The notes under the pieces: generated by a model
Database searches by the model: none
The model's input: the letters and a program-made list of their open reading frames with translations, nothing else
What the model was told of the DNA's origin: nothing
NCBI GenBank assembly: GCA_963805625.1
Contig: CAWDVE010000021.1
Location: 192,001 to 256,000, forward strand
Length of the DNA: 64,000 nt
Direction of reading: 5' to 3'
Source: an uncultured Candidatus Rokubacteria bacterium
GTDB taxonomy: Bacteria > Methylomirabilota > Methylomirabilia > Rokubacteriales > DASRDR01
Position numbers and translations under genes: made by a program
Shown: positions 31,588 through 41,462 of the stretch, piece by piece
Layout: every line of letters begins with the position of its first letter
How positions within the stretch are numbered: position 1 is the first letter of the stretch

Positions 31588-33500
31588 TCAGCCCGCGCCG
31601 GATGTCCCGTCCCGAAGGACCCGCTTGTCACCCACCCGGATGGTCAGCCGCTGGGTGTCGAGCCACTCGAGTAGCGGAATCGCGTACTTCCGGGAGATCC
31701 CGAGGAGGTCCTTGATCTCCTGCGGGGTGATGGCCTGATGCTCCCTCAGGAAGGCGAGGACCCGCCCGACGGCTTCCTGGAGGGGCTCGGCGTGGAAGTA
31801 GAGCCCCTCCCGGATCCGCACGAGCCGCCGACCCTCGACCAGGAGCTGGGCCATGGCCTGGGCCGCGGAGCCCGCGAGCCCGAGCTTCGCGAATGCCTCG
31901 TCCAGGGTGGGCGGCGCCACTCCGGCCTCTCGGAACTCGGTCTCGATCCGGTCGGACGCCGCCTGCTGGGCCGGCGTCAGGCGGACCGTGTGCCCGGCCC
32001 CCCGAACCTTGTCCTTGTCGACGACGAGAACCCCGGCCGCGGCAAAGCGCTCAAGGAGCGCGAGGAAGACACGCTCCTCGAGGCTCCCGAGCCGCGTGCG
32101 GAGCTCCTCCTTCGACATCCCCGGCTTGAGAGGCTCACGCGCGTGGAAGGCGGCGAGCGCCGCCTCGGCCTCCCGGCGGAGACGCTCCGCTGTCTCCGCG
32201 TGGACGTACCACTCCCGGTCGATGACGAAGACGCGCTCGCGCGCCACGAGATCCTGGAGGTACCCGCGGAGCGCTTCGGGGCCAAACGGCGTCCGCGCGC
32301 GGAGCTCCGCCGTCCGCACCCCGCCCCCGCCGACACGCTGGATATGGGCCTCGAGGACCGCTGCCGGCGGGCTCGTCTCGAGAGTCCGGAGACGCCCGGT
32401 GAGGGCCGGGCTCCGCCGCGCCTTGGGCGGGGCGACATCGAGGAGCTCACCGCCACCGATCGTCACCATCGGGGAATAGCTCCGGATGACGTAGCGGTCG
32501 CGGGGCAGCGCCACCACTGGCGTCTCGAGCCGGAGCTGGACGTAGCCGGTCTCGCCCGGCTCGATGGCGGTCTCCCCCAGGGGGTGCACGCGCGCCATGA
32601 CCTCGCTCGTCCCGATGTGGAAGCGCACGCGCTGGCGTGTCCGGAGGGGGGCGGGGGCGTCCTCCAAGAGCTCGCACGTGGCGTCGAGCATGTAGGTGGG
32701 CTGGAGGAGTCCCGGCAGCGAGAGCACGTCGCCACGCTCGATTGCCGCACGCTCGATTCCCTGGAGGTTCACAGCCGCACGCTGGCCGGCAACGGCCGTC
32801 GAGACGGGCTGCCCGTGGGTCTGGATGCCACGCACCTTGGCCTGGAGCCCGTGCGGGTACACCTCGACCCGCTCGTCCAGGGTGAGCTGGCCGGCCGCCA
32901 CCGTGCCGGTCACCACCGTGCCGAACCCCCGGATCGTGAAGACGCGGTCGATCGGCAGGCGGAAGGTGGCATCGGTCCCCCGGGGGGGACGGCCCGCGCG
33001 AGGGCGGCGAGCGCCTCGCGCAGCCCCGGCAGCCCCTCGCCCGTCTTGGCCGAGACGGGAAGGATCGGCGCACCGTCGAGGAACGTCCCGCCCAGGAAGC
33101 CCCGGACGTCCTCCTGGACCAGCTCCCGCCACTCGGGCTCGGCCAGATCCGCCTTGGTCAGCACGACGAGCCCGCTCTGGATGCGGAGCAGCTGGCAGAT
33201 CGCGAGATGCTCCCGAGTCTGCGGCATCACCCCCTCGTCCGCCGCGATGATCAGCATGACGAGGTCGATCCCGCCGACCCCCGCCAACATGTTCTTCACG
33301 AACCGCTCGTGCCCGGGGACGTCGACGATGCCAAGCGTCACGCCATCCCCGAGATCGAGGTGGGCGAAGCCGATGTCGATGGTGATGCCGCGCTCTTTCT
33401 CCTCCTTGAGGCGATCGGGATCGATCCCGGTCAGCGCCAGGACCAGGCTCGACTTGCCGTGGTCGATGTGCCCCGCGGTGCCGGCGACGACGTGGCGCAC
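31588..33500 (-). pseudogene. selB: Selenocysteine-specific elongation factor SelB, split by a 1-nt frameshift near 32985 (may be an assembly error)
   Basis: N-part [29 protein letters not shown]; C-part [21 protein letters not shown]...[10 protein letters not shown] in another frame; junction in a C7G5 run that needs C8 to restore the frame. Confidence 0.9.
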
Positions 33501-33510
33501 GGCGGATGGA

Positions 33511-34986
33511 CTAGACGAGCGCCGTCAGGGCGGCGGCGAGGAGTGGCACCTCGTCGTCCATGACGGTCCGGCAGTCCAGCAGCAGACGGTCGGCGGCGAT
33601 GCGGCCGATGACCGGCAGGCGACCCGCCCGGAGCCGCGCGTCCAGCGCCGCGGCCGGGTGTCCGGAGGTACCGAGCACGAGGGTGGCGGTCGGGAGCTCG
33701 GCCAGGGGAAGCGCGCCGCCGCCCACCTCGGACCGGCCGGCCACGACCGCCAGACCGAGGGCCGTGCGGGCAGCCCCCGGCACGCGGTGGAGCACGCGGA
33801 GCGCGCGGCGCCGGACGACGGCCGCCGAGTCACTCAGCATGCGGAGGGTCGGGATCTCGCGCGGCGCGGTCGTCGGGTCCTCGTACGCCCGCAGCGTCGC
33901 CTCGAGCGCCGCCAGAGTGAGCTTGTCGATCCGGAGCGCCCGGTTCAGCGGGTTCTGGCGCAAGCGCTCGATGAGCGCCTGGCGGCCCACGACGATCCCG
34001 GCCTGCGGGCCGCCGAGGAGCTTGTCGCCCGAGAAGGTGACCACGTCAGCGCCGGCGGCGACCGTCTCCGGCACCGTCGGCTCGCGCGGAAGACCCCACG
34101 GCCGGAGGTCGAGGAAGCAACCGGAGCCGAGATCCTCGAGCACCGGAACGCCACGCGCCCGGCCCAGCTCGGCGAGCTCCGCCGTGAGGACACTCTCCGT
34201 AAACCCCACCACCCGGTAGTTCGAGGGATGCACCTTGAGGAGGAGCGCGGTCTCGGGCGTGATTGCGCTCGCGTAGTCGGCGAGGCGCGTCCGGTTCGTC
34301 GTCCCGACCTCGACCAGGCGAGCCCCCGACCGGGCCATGATGTCCGGGATCCGAAAGGCGCCGCCGATCTCGATCAGCTCGCCCCGGGATACCACGACCT
34401 CGCGCCCTCGCGCGAGGGACTCGAGCGCGAGCAAGACGGCCGCGGCGTTGTTGTTGACCACCAGCGAGGCCTCGGCTCCGGAGAGGCGGCAGAGGAGACC
34501 GTCCACGTGCTCGTAGCGCGAGCCGCGCGCCTTCGTGCGAACGTCCAGCTCGAGATTCGAGTACCGGGCGGCGACGAGCGCGAGCCGCGCCAGCGCCGCC
34601 CGACCGAGGGGCGCCCGGCCGAGGTTCGTGTGCAGCACCACCCCGGTCGCGTTGACGACGTGGTCGAGCCCCCACGCCCCGGCCGCGTCGAGCGCGGCGC
34701 GCACGCGCGGCAGGAGCGCCGGGGTCTCGAGCGTGAGCGCGTCGAGCTCGGCCGGCGACGCCGCAGCCAGCACCGCCCGGCGCCGCTCCGCGAGGACCGT
34801 CCGCACGGCGTCGACCACACGCGTGCGTGACGCGGCCGGCCGGCCGTCGAGCGCCCGGACTACCTCGTCGACCGAAGGGAGCGCGCGGAGCCGGCCCCGC
34901 CGGCGGGCCGTGAACCCGTCCGGCCCGTCGGCGCCCGGCGTCGCGCCGGCCGCCGGACGCCGGGGCGCGGAGCGCGGGCCAGCCAT
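33511..34986 (-). CDS. selA: L-seryl-tRNA(Sec) selenium transferase
   Basis: [46 protein letters not shown] (PLP lysine). Confidence 0.97.
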   Translation of the reverse strand: MAGPRSAPRRPAAGATPGADGPDGFTARRRGRLRALPSVDEVVRALDGRPAASRTRVVDAVRTVLAERRRAVLAAASPAELDALTLETPALLPRVRAALDAAGAWGLDHVVNATGVVLHTNLGRAPLGRAALARLALVAARYSNLELDVRTKARGSRYEHVDGLLCRLSGAEASLVVNNNAAAVLLALESLARGREVVVSRGELIEIGGAFRIPDIMARSGARLVEVGTTNRTRLADYASAITPETALLLKVHPSNYRVVGFTESVLTAELAELGRARGVPVLEDLGSGCFLDLRPWGLPREPTVPETVAAGADVVTFSGDKLLGGPQAGIVVGRQALIERLRQNPLNRALRIDKLTLAALEATLRAYEDPTTAPREIPTLRMLSDSAAVVRRRALRVLHRVPGAARTALGLAVVAGRSEVGGGALPLAELPTATLVLGTSGHPAAALDARLRAGRLPVIGRIAADRLLLDCRTVMDDEVPLLAAALTALV

Positions 34987-34987
34987 G

Positions 34988-35476
34988 TCAGGGCCTGAGC
35001 AGCGTCCGCACGGTATCGAGCAGGTTCGCCTCCCAGCGACCGGTCGAGGCACACGGGAGCCCCGACCGGGGCCTGGGCGGCCCGCTGCCCCGGGTGTACG
35101 TGTCCGTCCGCATCCGCGTGTTCACCTGGACCGCGGTCTGCGCGGCCGACACAGCCTCTACGAAGATCGTGAACGCGACCTGCGCGTCGCCCTCGACGCG
35201 CTCGTCCCCGAAGCGACCGCAGTCCGCGTAGAGGCCGATGGTTGTCGGCACCGCCTCGGAGGCGATCACGCCCGAATCCCGCGCGATGGTCCGGATCTGC
35301 ACGTTCTCCCGCGCGAGCGCCCGGACGAGCGCCCGCCACACGGCGTCGTAGGGCGCCTCGATCTGCTCCGTGTACGCGGTCGGCAGGACCGGGGCCACGT
35401 AGGCGCGGCTACAGCCCGCGAGCGCCAGGAGCGCCATCGCCCCGATGAGCGTGCGCGCGTCGCCGCGTCGTCTCAT
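34988..35476 (-). CDS. Hypothetical lipoprotein
   Basis: Basic N-terminus, hydrophobic core and LAGC lipobox; two further Cys; stop is 1 nt from the selA ATG. Confidence 0.75.
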   Translation of the reverse strand: MRRRGDARTLIGAMALLALAGCSRAYVAPVLPTAYTEQIEAPYDAVWRALVRALARENVQIRTIARDSGVIASEAVPTTIGLYADCGRFGDERVEGDAQVAFTIFVEAVSAAQTAVQVNTRMRTDTYTRGSGPPRPRSGLPCASTGRWEANLLDTVRTLLRP

Positions 35477-35480
35477 CTCG

Positions 35481-36071
35481 TCAGCGCGGGTGGTGGTCGA
35501 TGCCGCGATACGCCTCGATGAAGCGCACCACCCGGCGCTCGTCCAGCTCGTCCAGCTTGTCGATGCGCGTCCACGCCGTCAGCGCGATGCAGCGATCGAG
35601 CGTCGGGTAGGGGGACAGGACCACGCGGTCCGGATAGCGATCCACGATCGCGCGGAGCCCGGCCTGGACCTGCTCCGCGCACTGGGGCTTGTAGCTCACC
35701 ACCACGCCGCCGTCCTCGAGGTTGTGCACCTGGAGCTCCTTGGCGATCGGCCGCGCGTGGACGCCCCAGGGGGCGATGTACGGCAGATGCGGCCCCGACG
35801 TCGGGGGGTCCGAATTGTAGGCGACGTGCGGGGTCTCGGACGTCGGGATGTGGTCGTTGCCGAGGCTCGGAACGAACTCCCCCGGAATCGGTCCGCGGGC
35901 ACGCGCGTACAGCCAGCCGCCCATGCCGACGACGACCAGGATCGCAACGGCCGCTGCCGCCCAGCCGAGCCGCCGGCGCTGGCGGCGCGTCAGCGCGAAG
36001 CGCGACGCCGGCGCCGGGCCGGCCGGCCGGCCCCCGACTCGCTTCGGTTGTCCCTTACGCGCTTTGGCCAT
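35481..36071 (-). CDS. DUF3105 domain membrane-anchored protein
   Basis: Single TM, then YNSDPPTSGPH...WG...VHNLEDGGVVVSY...IALTAW; ATG 36071 with GGGGAG RBS. Confidence 0.8.
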   Translation of the reverse strand: MAKARKGQPKRVGGRPAGPAPASRFALTRRQRRRLGWAAAAVAILVVVGMGGWLYARARGPIPGEFVPSLGNDHIPTSETPHVAYNSDPPTSGPHLPYIAPWGVHARPIAKELQVHNLEDGGVVVSYKPQCAEQVQAGLRAIVDRYPDRVVLSPYPTLDRCIALTAWTRIDKLDELDERRVVRFIEAYRGIDHHPR

Positions 36072-36126
36072 CTTCTCCCCGTCCCTCCGCGATCTGCGAC
36101 GCCCGCGCTCCCGCCCCGCCCGGCCA

Positions 36127-36224
36127 TGGCGGAAGCGCGTGGGAGTCGAACCCACCTCGAGCTTGTCTAGAACCCGACACCGGATTTGAAGTCCGGGAGG
36201 CCCACCGGGATCCTATGCGCTTCC
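36127..36224 (-). tRNA. selC: tRNA-Sec (anticodon UCA)
   Basis: 8-bp acceptor GGAAGCGC/GCGCTTCC, discriminator G, CCA; anticodon arm CCGGA-CTTCAAA-TCCGG; long variable arm; 5-bp T-stem; 98 nt. Confidence 0.96.
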
Positions 36225-36319
36225 GATCCGGGAAATCGAGTAAATCGAGTGTATCACCGCGGATGGCGCCGGGGCACGGGGCCCAGCCCTCGCCGGGCTT
36301 CCCAGGGGCGCCGTCCCGA

Positions 36320-36559
36320 CTAGCCGCCGGCGAGGGGCGGGAGGAGGTCCACGACGTCGCCGGGGCTGAGCCGCGCCGTGGATTCGACGTCGCGGCCGTT
36401 CACCAGGAGCAGGCGTGGGACCTCGTCGGGAATGCGGAGCCGGCGGAGAAGATCGCGGACGGTCGCGCCCTCCGGCAGCTCGACGCGGGCCGCGCCTCCG
36501 CGGGTGCCCGGCGGCCCGTAGTCGGCCAGATTCGCGAAGAGGTGGACCTCGACCTCCAC
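36320..36559 (-). CDS. MoaD/ThiS family ubiquitin-like sulfur carrier
   Basis: 79 aa; VHLFANL...GATVRDLL...LVNG...GDVVDLLPPLAGG with C-terminal GG. Confidence 0.85.
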   Translation of the reverse strand: MEVEVHLFANLADYGPPGTRGGAARVELPEGATVRDLLRRLRIPDEVPRLLLVNGRDVESTARLSPGDVVDLLPPLAGG

Positions 36560-36581
36560 GGGGCCGGAGCGCGCGGCGGCG

Positions 36582-37916
36582 TCAGGCGCCGTAGACCTTC
36601 CGCAACTCCGCCGCCGCCCACTTGACCGCGTCCTCCGGGGTCGCGCCCTGGAGGCTCCGCGCGAACATGTCGACGAGGATGAACTTCGACAGCGCTTCGG
36701 TCGCCTTCCGGCCCGCCGGCCCCGCGTACCCCACCTGCCGCGCCGACTGGAGCGTTTCGCGGAAGACGGTGGTTTTCGGATCCTTCGTCCAAAGTGGGTG
36801 GTCGAAGTAAGCCTTCGTTCCCGGGATGCCGAAGGTGTCCATCGTCTCGAAGTACTTGTCGTACTGGGCGCGGTCCATGTAGAAGCGGATGAAGTCCCTG
36901 GCGAGCGGCTGGTTCTTCGAGTACTTCATCACGCAGCTGTTCCAGGCCGGCAGCCAGTAGAAGCGCCCCGCCGGGCCCGGAGGGAAGTGGCCGTGGCTGG
37001 TACCCCGATAGACGTCGGGGGCCTGCTTCCGGGCGGCCACGTAGATGCTCGGCGCGTTGCCGGTCAGCGAGATGTCCGAGGCGAGGAACGCGCGGTTGTT
37101 GTTCGAGTCGTCCCACCCGAGGCCGCCCTCGTCGAAGACCTCTTTCCAGAGGACGTTGTTGAACTTGATCGCCTCGACGACGGCCTTCCCGTCGAGGATG
37201 ACCGTCTTCCCGTCCTTGTCGACCTCCATCCCGCCCCACATCCACACGAGGGGATAGCACCAGTTGTTCGGGTCGTTGATGCTGTGGCCGAACGCCTGGC
37301 CGAAGGGCCTGCCCTTCGCTTTCAGGGCCCGCCCCGCCGCCCGGAACTCGTCCCACGTGTCGGGGTACTTGAGGCCCTGTTCCTTGAACCAGTCCTCGCG
37401 GTATGTGATCGCCCACGAGATGATGAACTGCGGCACGCCGATCCAGCGCCCGCCCGCGACCGTGTTGACCTTAGCGTAGTCGTACCAGCCGCCCTGCCGC
37501 CGCCCGATCTCCTCGGCCACGTCGGACACGTCGGCCAGCGCGGCCTCGTAGAGGAGAGCGTGGTTGTTCGCGATGATGATGATGTCGGCCCCCGTCTGGG
37601 CCTGGACGGCCGCTGTGACGCGGGCCTGAATGTCGTTCTGGTTGATCCGTTCGACCTGGACCTGCACACCGGCCTGCTTCGCGAACTCGGCCGCCTGCTG
37701 GTCGAAGAGGACGTCCGCCGCCTGGACGAAGTGCGACCACTGGAGGAGGTGGAGCCGGGTGCCCCGGGGCGCAGCCGGAGCCTGAGCGTGGGCAAGGATG
37801 CCGGGGAGGCCGCTGGCCGCCACCGCGGCGCCGGTCGTCGCGACCGCACCGCCCAGCCAGGTGCGCCGGGTGATGGCTTGTGGGCTCGTCGGCTCCCGTC
37901 GGTCGTCGCGTGTCAT
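36582..37916 (-). CDS. Tat-exported ABC transporter solute-binding protein (family 1, sugar-type)
   Basis: TRRTWL twin-arginine signal, YREDWF...YPDTWDE, WDDSNNNRAF; no permease or ATPase adjacent; GAGGAGG RBS. Confidence 0.85.
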   Translation of the reverse strand: MTRDDRREPTSPQAITRRTWLGGAVATTGAAVAASGLPGILAHAQAPAAPRGTRLHLLQWSHFVQAADVLFDQQAAEFAKQAGVQVQVERINQNDIQARVTAAVQAQTGADIIIIANNHALLYEAALADVSDVAEEIGRRQGGWYDYAKVNTVAGGRWIGVPQFIISWAITYREDWFKEQGLKYPDTWDEFRAAGRALKAKGRPFGQAFGHSINDPNNWCYPLVWMWGGMEVDKDGKTVILDGKAVVEAIKFNNVLWKEVFDEGGLGWDDSNNNRAFLASDISLTGNAPSIYVAARKQAPDVYRGTSHGHFPPGPAGRFYWLPAWNSCVMKYSKNQPLARDFIRFYMDRAQYDKYFETMDTFGIPGTKAYFDHPLWTKDPKTTVFRETLQSARQVGYAGPAGRKATEALSKFILVDMFARSLQGATPEDAVKWAAAELRKVYGA

Positions 37917-38053
37917 GGCGGGCCCTCCTCGCGTGGTGAAGTGCCAAGCGGCCGAGCGCCGGGATCCCGGTCCGGCGCCGTGCCAAGTCATTGTGCGACA
38001 GAGCCTCCCCCGGGGGAAGCCGGGGGGCCAGACCGGCGCGAGCGCTGAGGGAG

Positions 38054-39550
38054 CTAGGGCGAGGTCAGCCGGAGCCGCGCGCCCACAGCCAGCGGATCAT
38101 CGAGGTCGATCCCGTTCAGCCGGGCCAGGGCTTGCGGCGTGACTCGATGGCGGGCGGCGATGGCCCAGAGCGTGTCCCCCCTGCGGACGACGACTTCGCG
38201 GGGGACGCCGGGCGCGGTCGCGGCGGAGGCCACGGCGACGGCGCTCGGCCCGGCAACCGCCGGCACGACTAGCTCCCGGATCCCTCGCAGCCGTTCTCCG
38301 GACAGGTGGTTGAGCTCGCTCAGGCGCTGGATCGTCACCCGATACAGCCGCGCGATCTCGGCAAGCGACTGGTTACGCCCGATCCGGTGCACGACCCACG
38401 TGGGGAGACTGGCCGGCGGCGCGGCCTGGAGCGCGGCGTCGAACCGGGGACCGGCGCCGGGCGGCAACCGGAGCGTGTAGCTCCCGAAGGGCGGCGTGAT
38501 CCGGGCGAGCAGGGCCGGATTCAGGTCGCGGATCTGCTCGACGGAAACACCCGCAAGCCCCGCGATCGTGTCGAAGTCGAGCGCGCGCCGGGTGGTGACC
38601 TCATCGTACGCGAGCGGAGCCTCGAGCGTGACGTCGAAGCCATAGCGCGTGGGAGCACGCGTGATCACCGCCGCGGCGAGAATCTGCGGGACGAAGAGCT
38701 TGGTCTCGTCAGGCAGATGCCGCGTCTGGGTCAGGGCCCAGAAGTCGCTCGTCCGGGCGCGCTGGATCGCCCGCCCCACGCGGGCCTCGCCCGCGTTGTA
38801 GCCCGCCTGGGCCAGGAACCAGTGACCGAACAGGCCGTAGAGATCACCGAGGTACTCGGCGGCCGCTATCGTGGACTTCACTGGATCGAGACGCTCGTCC
38901 AGCCAGCGGTCGATGACGAGACCGTAGCGCCGCCCCGTGGCCTCCATGAACTGCCACATCCCCTTGGCGCCGACCCGCGAGACCGCTCGGGGCGAGAATC
39001 CGGACTCGATCATCGCCGTGTATGCGAGCTCCTCCGGCAGCCCGCGGTCCCGGAAGATTCGCTGGATCATGGGCAGATAGCGGCCCGACCGTGAGATCCA
39101 CATGCCGAACCGCTCGCGGTCCTTGGCGACGAACTGGTCGATCAGCGCTTCCACCGGGGCATTGACCACCACCGGATAGGTGGGCACCGGCAGGCCGGGC
39201 GGCACCCGGACCGTCGTGTCGGCCCAGGGATCATTCGAGCGCTCGTCGGGGCCGGCTAGGGCCGGGAAGGCGGGGCGAATTTTCACACCGAGCCCACCAT
39301 CCGGCTCGCCCTCCGCCAGCTCTTCTTCCTCCGCCTCCTCCTGAACCCTGGGCGGCTCGGCTAGCGACTGGGTCGGGAGCCGCGGCGGGGCCGGGGGCTC
39401 TGGGACTGCGGCGAGCCGGTACCTATCGGGACCGGCTACATCCGGGGCGGCCTGGGCGAGCGCGCCGAACGCACAGGTTCCCCCTATCGCGGTGGCCAAG
39501 GCCACCCCGATAAGCCACGACCTGCTCCACCACCACAGTTGCACCCTCAT
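38054..39550 (-). CDS. mltD: Lytic murein transglycosylase with LysM domains
   Basis: MIESGF...SRVGAKGMWQFM, DERLDP, YNAGE, VVRRGDTLWAIA LysM; TTGACA-18-TAAAAA at 39619-39590. Confidence 0.88.
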   Translation of the reverse strand: MRVQLWWWSRSWLIGVALATAIGGTCAFGALAQAAPDVAGPDRYRLAAVPEPPAPPRLPTQSLAEPPRVQEEAEEEELAEGEPDGGLGVKIRPAFPALAGPDERSNDPWADTTVRVPPGLPVPTYPVVVNAPVEALIDQFVAKDRERFGMWISRSGRYLPMIQRIFRDRGLPEELAYTAMIESGFSPRAVSRVGAKGMWQFMEATGRRYGLVIDRWLDERLDPVKSTIAAAEYLGDLYGLFGHWFLAQAGYNAGEARVGRAIQRARTSDFWALTQTRHLPDETKLFVPQILAAAVITRAPTRYGFDVTLEAPLAYDEVTTRRALDFDTIAGLAGVSVEQIRDLNPALLARITPPFGSYTLRLPPGAGPRFDAALQAAPPASLPTWVVHRIGRNQSLAEIARLYRVTIQRLSELNHLSGERLRGIRELVVPAVAGPSAVAVASAATAPGVPREVVVRRGDTLWAIAARHRVTPQALARLNGIDLDDPLAVGARLRLTSP

Positions 39551-39704
39551 GTAATCGAGACGGAGAACGGCGGGACTACGAGTCGCGCCTTTTTAGCACG
39601 CGCTCCGGGCTGGTGTCAACCCTAAAACGCCAACTGCTCGATTCCTAAGTGACCGCCGCTAAAGGCGAACAGGTCGAAGCGCCCTCAATCGGCCGACGGG
39701 AGAT

Positions 39705-40526
39705 CTAGCGGAGCGGGCCCACGAGCCACCGGGCGCGGTCGGTCAGGTTCAGGCCCACGCGCTCCCCCGCCACCACCCGGACGCGCGTCACCCAGAGCTC
39801 CGCCTCCTTTGCGAGACTGGCCGTACGCGGGAGGAACTGCTGGGTGCGGCTGGTCTGCCGGGGTCTGGGCTCAGCCCGGAGTTTCTCCGCCGCGTACGGC
39901 GCGACGCGGATCGCGACAACCAGCCAGTCGCCCGACGGCACCGCGGCGAACGCGAACAGCCCGGCCGGGTCCGTCTTCTCACGCCAGGGGTGCGGGGGCT
40001 CCCCGGGCTCCTGGGGGCCGCCGCCCGGCACGGCCGTCCCCCCGGGACGCGCCGTGAGGCCACCCGGGCGGAAGAAGCCAGGCTCGGGGGGAACGGGTGG
40101 CTTGGCGACCCGCGGAGCCGCCACGAGGGGCGGCTCCGCGACCAGGCCTTGCCCCGGCGAAAGCGGCGGCGCCGTCTGGCGATCGATCCGACCCTGGTGG
40201 GCGGCGAGCGCCGTCCGAACCCGTACCACCGCGGACTCGTACTGGGCGGCGGATGTCCGCGCGCTCTGCCGGATCCGCTCGAGGTCCGTGATGAGGGCGG
40301 GCGTGGCCGGGTAGAGCGTGACCTCGACCCCGCCGAGCGGCGTCCAGGCCCCCACGGGGGATTCCTCTTCGGTGGCGAGGCGGCCCCACACCAGCCCCGG
40401 CGGCCCCAGGCTTCGGAGCGCCTCGGTCAGCTCGGCGGCCGGATCCTCGCCGACGGCCCCGGCTCCCCCGGGGGCTCCGGCCATCCCGAGCGCGAAGAGC
40501 ACCGCCCCGAGCGCCAGCGCGCCCAT
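39705..40526 (-). CDS. Hypothetical exported protein
   Basis: Signal-peptide-like start MGALALGAVLFALGMA; TDPAGLFAFAAVPSGDW resembles a beta-sandwich (carboxypeptidase-regulatory-like) motif; alternative GTG at 40544. Confidence 0.6.
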   Translation of the reverse strand: MGALALGAVLFALGMAGAPGGAGAVGEDPAAELTEALRSLGPPGLVWGRLATEEESPVGAWTPLGGVEVTLYPATPALITDLERIRQSARTSAAQYESAVVRVRTALAAHQGRIDRQTAPPLSPGQGLVAEPPLVAAPRVAKPPVPPEPGFFRPGGLTARPGGTAVPGGGPQEPGEPPHPWREKTDPAGLFAFAAVPSGDWLVVAIRVAPYAAEKLRAEPRPRQTSRTQQFLPRTASLAKEAELWVTRVRVVAGERVGLNLTDRARWLVGPLR

Positions 40527-40540
40527 CGGTCGGCGGCGGC

Positions 40541-41458
40541 TCACGCGGGCCGGCTCTTCCAGCGCCGGTGGACCCAGAACCACTGCTCGGGGTGGGCCAG
40601 GACGTGGCGTTCGATCGCCTCCGTGTAGCGCGCCGTGTTCACCTCGATATCGTGATCGAGGTCGCCCGTGATGGCCAGCGGAATCTCGGGATCGAGGACG
40701 AGCTCGTGGCCGCCGTCGGGGAGCCGGTGGATGAACGCCGGCACGACCGGCGCCCGGGTCTTGATGGCGAGCACCGCCAGGGCCCGGGACGTCGAGGCCG
40801 GATGACCGAGGAAGGGCACGAACACACCATCCCGACCGGCATCCTGGTCGAGCAGGATGCCGATGCACTCCCCGCGAGCGAGGGCCGCGCGGACGCCCTG
40901 CACCGCATCGCGCTTGGAGATGGCGCGGAGGCCGCTCCGCTCGCGGGCCCGCGCGATCAGGGCTTCGAGGTATGGGTTGTCGAGGGGCCGCACGACGACG
41001 CTCAGGCCGAAGCCCGCCTGCCCGTGCGTGGCGGCCAGGAGCTCCCAGTTGCCGAAGTGGCCGGTCAGGAAGAAGACGCCCCGCCCGTGGGCCATCGCCT
41101 GCCCGATGTACTCCATCCCGTGGCCACGCACCCGACCGAGCAGGCGCTCCGTGGGACCGAAGAAGAGCCGGCAGCACTCCATGGCCGTGATGCCGAGGTG
41201 CTCGAAGCACTGGCGCGCGAGCGTCGCCCGGGCCACCGGGGACAGGGTGTCGCCGTACACGAGCGTGATGTTGTCCAGCGCGACGCGGCGCCGGCCCCGC
41301 AAGACCCAGTACGCGACCCGACCGAGGCCGGCCCCGAGACCCTGCGCCAGCCCGAGCGGCAGGCGACCCACGAGCCCGCCGACCAGGCCGACCAGCGCTG
41401 CGACCAGACGCTGGCCGGCGCGGCGCCAGAGCGAGGCGGGTCGCCGGCGCCGTCCCAC
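40541..41458 (-). CDS. lpxL: Lipid A lauroyl/myristoyl acyltransferase (HtrB/MsbB family)
   Basis: TGHFGNWEL, RPLDNP, LLDQD, VFVPFLG, PEQWFWVHRRWK. Confidence 0.88.
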   Translation of the reverse strand: MGRRRRPASLWRRAGQRLVAALVGLVGGLVGRLPLGLAQGLGAGLGRVAYWVLRGRRRVALDNITLVYGDTLSPVARATLARQCFEHLGITAMECCRLFFGPTERLLGRVRGHGMEYIGQAMAHGRGVFFLTGHFGNWELLAATHGQAGFGLSVVVRPLDNPYLEALIARARERSGLRAISKRDAVQGVRAALARGECIGILLDQDAGRDGVFVPFLGHPASTSRALAVLAIKTRAPVVPAFIHRLPDGGHELVLDPEIPLAITGDLDHDIEVNTARYTEAIERHVLAHPEQWFWVHRRWKSRPA

Positions 41459-41462
41459 GGGC

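Noticed and set aside
34988-36224. Genomic island integrated at selC
   Set aside because: No integrase, no duplicated tRNA 3' end seen, no compositional shift
37935-37990. Two TTGGCAC sequences upstream of the SBP gene as sigma-54 promoters
   Set aside because: Neither has TTGC at the -12 position
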